Shown here: in pieces, positions 15,601 through 23,292 of the stretch | How positions within the stretch are numbered: position 1 is the first letter of the stretch | How the letters are laid out: the number at the start of each line of letters is the position of its first letter | Assembly (NCBI RefSeq): GCF_900292035.1 | Contig: NZ_OMPO01000001.1 | Coordinates: forward strand, 355,192 to 379,191 | Reading direction: 5' to 3' | Length of the DNA: 24,000 bases | DNA from: Blastococcus sp. Marseille-P5729 | GTDB lineage: Bacteria; Actinomycetota; Actinomycetes; Mycobacteriales; Antricoccaceae | Program-made: the position numbers and the translations under genes | Notes under the pieces: model-generated | Databases searched by the model: none | Seen by the model: only the letters and a program-made list of their open reading frames with translations | What the model was told of the DNA's origin: nothing

Positions 15601-16005
15601 TTAGCTTGCCGCCGGACCGTCGACGTTCACGGTCGGCACTCCGCTTCCGCAGCGCACGATCACGGCATGCGAGGTCGTGTCGCCGGGGTTGGATTCGCGG
15701 TGAATGGCGCCCGCGGGCACCCGGATGAAGTCTCCCGCCTTGGCCTCGACTACGTCCTCCCCGTTCGGCCCGGACTCTAGCCGGAACTCCCCGGACACGA
15801 CGTAGATCGTCGTCTCGTGGTCACCATGGTGATGCCAGCCGGTCACCGCCTTCGGCTCGGTGTCGACCGTGCCGGTCCACATTCCTTCGGAGTGGGCCGC
15901 GAGCTTGCGGTGCATGCCAGGTGTCGGATCGGCGTCCGTCAGATCGTCGCCTGCGAACAGTGAACAGGGCCGTGCGGGATCGTGCGAGTACTCCTGGGTC
16001 GTCAT
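15601..16005 (-). CDS. cupin domain-containing protein
   Basis: 134 aa. [19 protein letters not shown]...[17 protein letters not shown] matches the two cupin motifs (G-x5-H-x-H...E and P-x-G-x2-H-x3-N). Confidence 0.85.
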   Translation of the reverse strand: MTTQEYSHDPARPCSLFAGDDLTDADPTPGMHRKLAAHSEGMWTGTVDTEPKAVTGWHHHGDHETTIYVVSGEFRLESGPNGEDVVEAKAGDFIRVPAGAIHRESNPGDTTSHAVIVRCGSGVPTVNVDGPAAS

Positions 16006-16011
16006 GCGCAG

Positions 16012-16023
16012 ATTCTGTCAGAA
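16012..16023 (-). promoter_or_regulatory. AT-rich palindrome overlapping a -10-like hexamer directly upstream of the cupin ATG
   Basis: TTCTG-T-CAGAA (16013-16023) is a perfect 5-1-5 palindrome. On the minus strand, CAGAAT (16017-16012) lies 6 nt upstream of ATG 16005. Confidence 0.35.
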
Positions 16024-16156
16024 GACTGAGCCGGAAACCTTGTGCGGCTTCGGTGAGCCTGAACGCCTGAGGCGATCCACCACGTCGCGCACACCGGGTC
16101 TCGGCACCCGACCTGGCGCGGGCACTCGAGCTCTGGTGAGGCTCATCGGTACCGAG

Positions 16157-16275
16157 ATGCGCGAGCTTACGGGCTACATGCTCGAGGTCTCGTCCGAGGA
16201 GATGAAGCAGGTCGTGCGCAACTACTTCGAGATCACCGGCGGCACGACGGTCAAGGACTACGCCGCCGCGGCCGC
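16157..16275 (+). pseudogene. possible N-terminal remnant of an NTF2/SnoaL-like gene
   Basis: MRELTGYMLEVSSEEMKQVVRNYFEITGGTTVKDYAAAAA has high GC3 and the EE-x-K-x-VV-R-x-[YF]-[FY]-E pattern common at SnoaL/ester-cyclase N-termini. Coding character ends near 16275, where rare AGA codons and the repeat begin. Confidence 0.3.
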
Positions 16276-16303
16276 TGTCCACAGACCCCTGGTTGTCCAC
16301 AGA
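16276..16303. repeat. 10-nt perfect direct repeat TGTCCACAGA x2, spaced 18 nt start to start
   Basis: Copies at 16276-16285 and 16294-16303. Each contains a small inverted repeat (C/T)TGT-CC-ACAG. Confidence 0.7.
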
Positions 16304-16364
16304 TGTGCCCGGATCGGTTTTCGTGTCGGCGGAAGTGTCGGTGCTGGTCCGTAGCGTGTGTGTC

Positions 16365-17665
16365 ATGGATCTCAGGCAGGGCGGCGAAGCAGCGGTCACG
16401 CTCCCGGGCGGCACGCGCCCGATCGAGTCGCTGCGGGCTGCCCTGAAGGGTCTGGGGTCGTTGGCCGGCGCGGACGCCGATGGGCTGCTCGCTCGGGTGA
16501 GTGATGCCGGGTTGATTGACCTGCTCCAGGCCTACCGGCAACTGCGGGCGGTGCTCGCTGCCGGTGAGGCACGCGTCCAGGTCGCGTTCGATGCTTCCCA
16601 GCGTGCCGCGGCGGAGCAGCGTGGGGTGCCGAGGGCCGAGCGCGGGAAGGGGATCGCCGATCAGATCGCGCTGGCCCGTGGGGTGAGTGCGCATCGCGCC
16701 GCGAACGACCTGGCTGTGGCCAAGGGCCTGGTGACAGAGCTGCCGCAGACCCTGGGCCGGTTAGCGTGCGGCGCGGTCAGTGAGGATGCGGCCCTGGCGG
16801 TGGCGAAGGAGACGGTGTGCCTGATGCCGGAGGACCGCGCGATCGTGGACGAGCGCCTCGCGCCGCGGCTGGCGGCGGGTACGAGTGCTCGCCGTGCCGC
16901 GTCGCTGGCCCGGGCGGAGGCGGCGCGGGTGGATGGCGAGTCGGTGACGCGGCGGATCGCGATGGCGCACAAGGACCGCACCGTGACCACCCGCCCCGCA
17001 CCCGACGCCATGGTCTACCTGACCGGCCTGTTGCCGGTGAAGGAAGGCGTGGCGGCCTACGCCTCCCTGGTCGCGCACGCCGTGCCGCCGGCGGTGGCGA
17101 TCCCCAGTCGTGGGGCATCAGCCGTAGGGCTGTTCTGCTGACCGGGATCCATGATGACCGTCCCGGTCGGATCCAGCTTGATGCCGCCGACACTTGTCGG
17201 CCCGCTCCCTGCCCTGCCCCTGGCGGATGGCTGGCCCCAGCTCCAGTCCGGCCAGCCTGCGGTCGCTGAACCGCAGCACCGGAGCCGGTGGGTGGTGCGG
17301 AGCTGCGAGGGCGATGGTGACGCCATCCTGCGCCCTGGCCCGCCAGATCGCGTTGATCGCCGACGAGAGGCCTGCGGTGGATCCACCGCGTGTTCACCGA
17401 CCCGCTTCCGGGCAGGTCGCCAGTCGACAGGCCGCCGTCTTCCCGAGCCTGGCATGACCCGGTCGCGATCAGGCCTGCCGTTCGGCGCGCCGATCCGGAT
17501 GACCACCAATCCCATGCCGCAGGCGGTGCCACGTCGGCTGAACGGGTAATGTGCCGGCGGTGTAACCAACCAAGACCCGCGGGTGGAAACCGGCGCGTTG
17601 GGTCGAGGGAGCACACGGTGATCCGCACTGACCGCACCGCCCGCAATACCCACGCCCCACCTGGG
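16365..17665 (+). pseudogene. DUF222/HNH endonuclease (REP13E12-like) pseudogene with multiple frame disruptions
   Basis: Frame 0 (16365-17141) encodes a DUF222-type N-terminal region (..VAFDASQRAAAEQRGVP..DRTVTTRPAPDAMVYLTGLLPVKEGVAAYASL). Family-like segments then appear in different frames: LRSLNRSTGAGG..ALARQIALIADER (frame of 17194), PFGAPIR (frame of 17151), and DDHQSHAAGGATS..MCRRCNQ..EHTVIRTDRTARNTHAPPG (frame of 17390). Stops occur at 17139-17141 and 17267-17269. Confidence 0.7.
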
Positions 17666-17845
17666 GCCCGACCCGACACCGCCGCACCGTCGACGCAGAT
17701 CGCGACGCCGGGTGACCACCGCTCCAGACCGGCCCGAGGATGGCACCACCCGGCATCGAACGGCAACTCGCAGGCGCGATCGACGCTTTCCGACACCGGC
17801 ACCGAGGCGCATAGCCCGTGCTGAGCGGCCCACTGTTGCGAGAAG

Positions 17846-18214
17846 TCAGACGTGCTGGCAATCGTTGCCGCAGCTGTCGCTTCCCACCGGGCCGTCGGCA
17901 TGAGATGCCGGACGGTGCAGTATCGCGCTCGTCGGGTTCAGCCGGAAGCCCTCGCCATCCGGCTCTGCCGTGCCGTCAACAATCAGCGTCATGCCCTTGG
18001 TCTCACGAGGCGGGCACATCAGCGTCACTGCAGGATTCTGCTCGAGATTGCGCGCTGTCCCCTTGCTGCCAGTCGGTATCCGCAACGACCCGCCGTCCAC
18101 TTCGGCAACGACGCACACGACCTTGACGCGCCCATCGCCTACCGACAGCAGGTATGCCGTATCGAAGTCTTCGAGCGCCTTGGCCAGGTCCTCGATCTTC
18201 ACTGGAATGCTCAT
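17846..18214 (-). CDS. pyridoxamine 5'-phosphate oxidase-family (FMN/F420-binding split-barrel) protein
   Basis: 122 aa. AYLLSVGDGRVKVV...GTARNLEQNPAVTLMCPP...MTLIVDGTAEP...AILHRPA is a pattern typical of PPOX-family proteins. Confidence 0.75.
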   Translation of the reverse strand: MSIPVKIEDLAKALEDFDTAYLLSVGDGRVKVVCVVAEVDGGSLRIPTGSKGTARNLEQNPAVTLMCPPRETKGMTLIVDGTAEPDGEGFRLNPTSAILHRPASHADGPVGSDSCGNDCQHV

Positions 18215-18256
18215 GCTCGAAGCCTACGTCTCGCACGGCCGTACCCTGGTTGGGCT

Positions 18257-19375
18257 ATGCAGTGCGACTACTTCGATTCCGCCCGGTGCCGGTCGTGCAC
18301 GCTCATGGGAGTGCCGTACGACGAGCAGCTCAGGAGGAAGGACGACGCCGTCCGGCGGGCTCTCGCCGACGTCGCAGATCACGATGCCTGGTCGCCGCCC
18401 TTCGCCAGCCGCGAGGCTGGGTTCCGCAACAAGGCCAAGCTGGCTGTGGGCGGGACGATCAGCCAGCCGACTCTAGGAATCATGGATCGTCAGGGCACCG
18501 GCATCGATCTCCGTGGCTGCGGGCTCTACGAGGCCGGCCTGGGTGCCGTCCTGCCCAGGCTCGGCGAGTTCGTTACACAGGCTGCGATTGCGCCGTACCA
18601 CCTCGGTACCCGGCGCGGCGAGCTCAAGAACCTTCTCGTCACCCACTCCCCTGACGGTGAATTGATGGTCCGATTCGTCTTACGATCCCAGGAGGCCGTC
18701 TCACGGATCCGCAAACACCTACCGGATCTGCGCCGTGGCCTACCGCAGCTGCGCGTCGCGTCGGCGAACATACTGCCCGAGCACAAGGCGGTCCTGGAGG
18801 GCGACCTCGAGATCCCCTTGACGGACGACGAGTCGCTACCGATGCGCCTCGATGAAGTCACCCTCCATCTGCGCCCGCAATCGTTCTTCCAGACCAACAC
18901 AGCGGTCGCGGAAGGGCTCTACGCGCAAGCGCAACAGTGGTGCGCTGAGGTAGATGGTACGTATATCTGGGATCTCTACTGTGGTGTCGGCGGGTTCGGC
19001 TTACACCTGGCAGCAACTGACCGCCGCGTCACGGGCATCGAGACCTCGCCGGAAGCGGTCGCGAGCGCACGCCTCAGCGCGGTGGACCGACCCGGCCGAC
19101 TTGAGTTCTTTGCGCAGGATGCCGTCGCGTTTGCGCGCGCCCGGAAGGCTCCCGACCTCGTCGTCGTCAACCCACCACGGCGCGGCATCGGCGACCTGAC
19201 CGGCTGGATCGAGGCCAGCAGCGTCGCGACGGTTCTCTACTCCTCCTGCAATGCGCAGTCCCTGGCGGTCGATCTGAGCCGGATGCCCTCCATGCGGGTT
19301 ACCCGAGCGCGCATGTTCGACATGTTCCCGCAAACGAACCACCACGAGGTACTCGTGCTGCTCCAGCGTCGCTAG
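18257..19375 (+). CDS. rlmC: 23S rRNA (uracil-C5)-methyltransferase, RlmC/RumB-like
   Basis: Start ATG 18257. The N-terminus MQCDYFDSARCRSCTLMGVPYDEQL...GFRNKAKLAVGG parallels the E. coli RumB N-terminus, including the Cys cluster. SAM motif DLYCGVGGFGL and C-terminal YSSCN...FPQTNHHEV. The upstream part of the 507-aa ORF-track frame is antisense to the PPOX-like gene. Confidence 0.9.
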   Translation: MQCDYFDSARCRSCTLMGVPYDEQLRRKDDAVRRALADVADHDAWSPPFASREAGFRNKAKLAVGGTISQPTLGIMDRQGTGIDLRGCGLYEAGLGAVLPRLGEFVTQAAIAPYHLGTRRGELKNLLVTHSPDGELMVRFVLRSQEAVSRIRKHLPDLRRGLPQLRVASANILPEHKAVLEGDLEIPLTDDESLPMRLDEVTLHLRPQSFFQTNTAVAEGLYAQAQQWCAEVDGTYIWDLYCGVGGFGLHLAATDRRVTGIETSPEAVASARLSAVDRPGRLEFFAQDAVAFARARKAPDLVVVNPPRRGIGDLTGWIEASSVATVLYSSCNAQSLAVDLSRMPSMRVTRARMFDMFPQTNHHEVLVLLQRR

Positions 19376-19809
19376 CGATCGCGACGGACCCACCGGCTCG
19401 ACGAAGCGACGTCCTCGACCGGCCGGCCGGCCTTGGCCCAACCGGTGAACCCCTCCTCGACATGGGCGACATCCGGAAAGCCCATATCCTTCAGCGCCTG
19501 GGCAGCAAGGGCCGATCGCCCGCCACCTGCGCAGTAGAGCACGATCCGCTTGTCGGGCGTGAAGTAGTCCCGGTAGTACTCCGATGCCGGGTCGGCCCAG
19601 AACTCGAGCATCCCGCGGGGCACGTGCTTCGAGCCCGGAATCGCGCCGGAATCCACCCGCTCCTGGATCTCGCGGATATCAACGACGAGCAGCCTGTCGT
19701 CACCGGCGTCGATCTCGGCCGCCGTCTCGTCGACGGAGAGGTTCTCCAACGACTCCTTGATCTTCTCGACCTGGCCCCACACGGGCTTGATCTCGTGGCT
19801 CTCAGTCAT
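19372..19809 (-). CDS. rhodanese-like sulfurtransferase domain protein
   Basis: 145 aa with active-site loop CAGGGRS. AGAGGAA SD upstream. Its stop overlaps the rlmC stop by 4 nt (convergent). Confidence 0.9.
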   Translation of the reverse strand: MTESHEIKPVWGQVEKIKESLENLSVDETAAEIDAGDDRLLVVDIREIQERVDSGAIPGSKHVPRGMLEFWADPASEYYRDYFTPDKRIVLYCAGGGRSALAAQALKDMGFPDVAHVEEGFTGWAKAGRPVEDVASSSRWVRRDR

Positions 19810-19849
19810 GACCGTTCCTCTCTACGATGGCGCGTCCTAGACTGCGCGC

Positions 19850-20530
19850 ATGGATCTCGCCAAGCAGCATCTCGATGTCGGCTTGTTCTCGAACCTACGC
19901 GATGAGCAGCTCGACTTCTGGCAGCGCACGGTCGGCCTGGAGTACGACCACGTGGGCAAGCTCGGCGGTGGGGTGCAGCAGCATCGTCACCACATGAACG
20001 GCTCCATCTTGAAGATGAACCACGCCCGCGACCCTCTGCCGGACGTGGCGCCGTCCGGCATCGTCGGCCTGCAGATCGCCAGGAAGGACCTCGACGAGCC
20101 ACTGCACCTGCTCGATCCCGACGGCAATTCCGTGGAGATCGTGCCGCCGGGCACGGACGCGGTCGAGGGAATCGCCGTCCTGCTGCGAGTCAGCGACCCG
20201 ATGGCGCACGACCGCTTCTGGACCGACGTCATGCAGTTCGAGCGCGCCGGGGACGGCGCATACCGGTGCGGCGACAGCCTCATCCGCATCGTGGACGAGG
20301 GTGAGGTCTTCCATCGCGGTGACCAGTGGCGCGGGCCGGGCTATCGATACACGACCGTCCAGGTCTTCGACTGCCAAGCCGAGTACGACGGGATCATCGC
20401 TCGCGGGGGCGTCGGGACCACCGCCCCCACAGTGCTCGGGACGACGGTGCGGATGGCTTTCGTGATCGACCCGGACGGCAATCACATCGAGATCAGCCAG
20501 CGTGCCAGCCTCACCGGCGGCACGCTTTGA
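19850..20530 (+). CDS. VOC-family (glyoxalase/bleomycin-resistance/dioxygenase) protein, two-module
   Basis: 226 aa with two repeats ending LLDPDGNSVEIV and VIDPDGNHIEIS, the classic VOC C-terminal strand motif. Confidence 0.8.
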   Translation: MDLAKQHLDVGLFSNLRDEQLDFWQRTVGLEYDHVGKLGGGVQQHRHHMNGSILKMNHARDPLPDVAPSGIVGLQIARKDLDEPLHLLDPDGNSVEIVPPGTDAVEGIAVLLRVSDPMAHDRFWTDVMQFERAGDGAYRCGDSLIRIVDEGEVFHRGDQWRGPGYRYTTVQVFDCQAEYDGIIARGGVGTTAPTVLGTTVRMAFVIDPDGNHIEISQRASLTGGTL

Positions 20531-20587
20531 CCTGCCCGAGCTAGCCGGGTGGTGACGTGAACCAGCACCCTGCAGACGTGGGTGACC

Positions 20588-21682
20588 TCATGCTTTGCGG
20601 GGCATCACGACGGTGTAGTCGAAGTCGAGGACGACGTTCGGCAGGTACTTACCGTCCTCACCCTTGTACGGGAACTCCGCGCACGGCTGGTCCTTGGTGG
20701 CGACGGTGCGCACCCGCAGGGCGCCGACGTCCGACCGGCCAGGCAGCTCGATCTTCTCCAGCACCTCCGACCACGCGTAGACGGTGTCTCCGGCGAAGGT
20801 GGGGTTCGAGTGGGTGCCGCCGTTGATCGCGACGATGAACTGCGCGTTCGCCAGCCCGTTGAAGGACAGCGCGCGGGCCAGGCTGATGATGTGACCGCCG
20901 TAGATCAGCCGGCGGCCGATCTTCTCCTGTCCCTGCGCGTGCTGGTTGAAGTGCACCTTGGCGGTGTTCTGGTAGAGGCGGGTGGCGAGCATGTGATCGG
21001 ACTCCTCGATCGTCATGCCGTCCACGTGGTCGATTCGCTCGCCGACCTCGTAGTCGTCCCACAGGAACTCGCTGCCGGCCAAGGCGGTGTCATACGCCTT
21101 CGTGTCGACCTCGAACGGGACCTGGAGCGCGGAGGCTTCCACAGCCTTCGGCAGGTCGGGGATCTCGGCATCCGCGACCTGCATCGACTCGTCACGCCTG
21201 CGCACCATGACCCAGCGGACGTACTCGAGCACGGTCTCGCCGCGCTGGTTCTTGCCGACCGATCGCACGTAGACGTTGCCGGACTTGCCGTTGCTGTTGG
21301 GCTTGAGCCCGATGACGGTCGAGGTCGTGGTCAGCGTGTCGCCGGGGTAGACGGCCGCGCCGTAGACGCCCGCGGCGTACCCAAGGTTGGCGACCGCGTT
21401 GAGCGAGACGTCGGGAACGGACTTCCCGAAGACGATGTGGAAGGCCAGCAGGCTGTCGACCGGCATCCGCTCGAAGCCCATCGACCCCGCGAACGTCGAG
21501 GCGGACGTCGCCGCGAAGCGCGAGCCGTATAGCGCGGTGTAGAGCGCGATGTCACCCTCGGTGACCGTGCGCGGAGTGGCGTGCACCAGCTCCTGACCCA
21601 CCCGGAAGTCCTCGAAGTAGTTGCCCTGCACAGTCTTGGTCGACACGCCTGAATGCCTTTCGTAGCCGGTTGCTCGCGCCAT
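20588..21682 (-). CDS. MaoC-family (R)-hydratase, mesaconyl-CoA/2-methylfumaryl-CoA hydratase-like double hot-dog
   Basis: GNYFEDFRVGQ..HATPRT..GD.ALYTALYGSRF and SLNAVANLGYA closely resemble mesaconyl-CoA hydratase-type proteins as I remember them. The alternative start GTG 21646 has AAAGG upstream and would match homologue length better. Confidence 0.88.
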   Translation of the reverse strand: MARATGYERHSGVSTKTVQGNYFEDFRVGQELVHATPRTVTEGDIALYTALYGSRFAATSASTFAGSMGFERMPVDSLLAFHIVFGKSVPDVSLNAVANLGYAAGVYGAAVYPGDTLTTTSTVIGLKPNSNGKSGNVYVRSVGKNQRGETVLEYVRWVMVRRRDESMQVADAEIPDLPKAVEASALQVPFEVDTKAYDTALAGSEFLWDDYEVGERIDHVDGMTIEESDHMLATRLYQNTAKVHFNQHAQGQEKIGRRLIYGGHIISLARALSFNGLANAQFIVAINGGTHSNPTFAGDTVYAWSEVLEKIELPGRSDVGALRVRTVATKDQPCAEFPYKGEDGKYLPNVVLDFDYTVVMPRKA

Positions 21683-21750
21683 TCTCGCAAACGGCTGAGT
21701 CAGTGCCGGACGCCGCACCGACCCGGACGAGCCTCACCTAGGCTGGAGCC

Positions 21751-23292
21751 ATGCAGCTCGGCGTGGACTTCGGAACCACACGCACGATCGTGTCGTACGT
21801 CGACCGGGGCAACTACCCGGTCGTGAGCTTCACCGACGCTCTGGGTGACACGCATGACCACTTCCCCTCGGTCGCCGCCTTACGCGATGGAGAGCTCGTC
21901 TTCGGCTTTGCGGCTCTGGCCGCCGCCGAGTCCGGCGCGCCCGTCGTCCGGTCCTTCAAGCGGATGCTCGCAGCACCGGACGTGAATGCCCACACGCCGA
22001 TCCACTTCGGGGACAGGGCGCTTGCACTGGGATTCGTGCTCACCGGATTCCTGCAGGCGCTCCTGGAGGCATTGCGCACCGACTCCAGCATCAGCGGCGA
22101 CCTCGCCAGCCAGATCGAGCCGCAGGCCGTCGTTGCCGTCCCCGCGCACGCGCACGGCGCTCAACGGTTCCTGACCCTCGACGCCTTTCGCCGGTCCGGG
22201 TTCGTCGTCCTCGGCGTCCTGAACGAGCCGTCAGCCGCAGGCTTCGAATACACGCACCGCCAGGCCCGCACGCTGAGCTCTCGGCGTACCCGCGTCATCG
22301 TCTTCGACCTCGGTGGCGGCACCTTCGATGCCTCGCTGGTCGCGGTCGACGACAAGCGACACGAGGTGCTCGACTCGCTCGGCCTGAACGACCTCGGCGG
22401 CGACGACTTCGACCTCGCGCTGGCCGAATGCGCCGCGGATGCGGCCCAGGTCGACCTGGCCGAGCTGTCGGCGCAGGATCGCGCGGCGCTGCTGGACGAG
22501 TGCCGCGATGCCAAGGAGCGGCTTACCCCGCAGTCGAAGCGAATCGCGCTCGAGGTCGCAGGCACACCCGTCACCGTCCAGGTCGCCGACTTCTACGACC
22601 GCGCGACGCCGTTGGTCGAGCGGGCGATCGATGCGATGGCCCCTCTGGTCGGCGGGCTCGACGACGCCGACGATGCGCTCGCCGAGGTGGCCGGGATCTA
22701 TCTCGTCGGCGGTGCGAGCTCGCTGCCACTGGTCCCGCGGGTGCTCCGGGAGCGTTTCGGACGTCGCGTGCACCGATCCCCCTACCCCGCGGCGTCCACC
22801 GCGATCGGCCTGGCGATCGCCGCCGATGAGTCCTCCGGGTTCTCGCTGAGCGACCGGCTCTCCCGTGGCTTCGGCGTATTCCGCGAGTCCGCCGAGGGCG
22901 AGCAGGTCGACTTCGACCCGATCTTCGATCGCACCACCGCCCTCGGACCAGGTGCCGTCGTCGAGCGCGAGTACGACGCGGCACACAACGTCGGCTGGTA
23001 CCGGTTCGTGGAGTACTCGCGGATGGACGCCGACGGGCAGCCGCGCGGCGAGCTCACCCCGTACGGCGAGGTGATCTTTCCCTTCGATCCGGCCCTCCAG
23101 CAGACCGCCGAGCTCGCCAGCCTGACCGTCGCTCGTCGCGAAGGCGGTCCGCGGATTCGCGAGACCTACCGCGTCGATGAGCAAGGTCTCGTCTCGGCCA
23201 CCATCCTGGACCTGAGCACGGGTCACCGCATCGAGATCATGCTCACCGGCGCGAGCTGGCCGACGCCCACCAACCAACGGGAGACCCGATGA
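21751..23292 (+). CDS. Hsp70-family (actin-like ATPase) protein, non-canonical
   Basis: 513 aa. Phosphate-1 GVDFGTTRT, phosphate-2 VFDLGGGTFDASL, adenosine motif IYLVGGASSLP. The C-terminal region is only about 140 aa, with no helical lid or EEVD tail. Confidence 0.9.
   Translation: MQLGVDFGTTRTIVSYVDRGNYPVVSFTDALGDTHDHFPSVAALRDGELVFGFAALAAAESGAPVVRSFKRMLAAPDVNAHTPIHFGDRALALGFVLTGFLQALLEALRTDSSISGDLASQIEPQAVVAVPAHAHGAQRFLTLDAFRRSGFVVLGVLNEPSAAGFEYTHRQARTLSSRRTRVIVFDLGGGTFDASLVAVDDKRHEVLDSLGLNDLGGDDFDLALAECAADAAQVDLAELSAQDRAALLDECRDAKERLTPQSKRIALEVAGTPVTVQVADFYDRATPLVERAIDAMAPLVGGLDDADDALAEVAGIYLVGGASSLPLVPRVLRERFGRRVHRSPYPAASTAIGLAIAADESSGFSLSDRLSRGFGVFRESAEGEQVDFDPIFDRTTALGPGAVVEREYDAAHNVGWYRFVEYSRMDADGQPRGELTPYGEVIFPFDPALQQTAELASLTVARREGGPRIRETYRVDEQGLVSATILDLSTGHRIEIMLTGASWPTPTNQRETR

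Noticed and set aside
15418-17845. Possibility that the HNH region is an active mobile element or genomic island
   Set aside because: I saw no integrase, transposase, tRNA target, terminal inverted repeats or clear target-site duplication. The HNH gene itself is disrupted, so only a decayed selfish-gene remnant is claimed.
16777-17901. 374-aa ORF on the minus strand (and the overlapping 258-aa ORF 17057-17833)
   Set aside because: Its composition is extremely Pro/Arg/Gly/Ala-rich and low in complexity. It has no recognisable motifs and lies antisense to the DUF222/HNH pseudogene. This is the typical spurious long ORF of GC-rich DNA, where stop codons are rare.
19370-19377. Convergent rlmC and rhodanese genes sharing overlapping stop codons within the palindrome GCTAGC
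   Set aside because: This is a real 4-nt overlap, but it is a trivial consequence of TAG/CTA symmetry. There is no evidence of regulatory significance.
20582-21532. 316-aa plus-strand ORF
   Set aside because: It is antisense to the MaoC-family hydratase gene, with a low-complexity Val/Asp/Gly/Arg composition.
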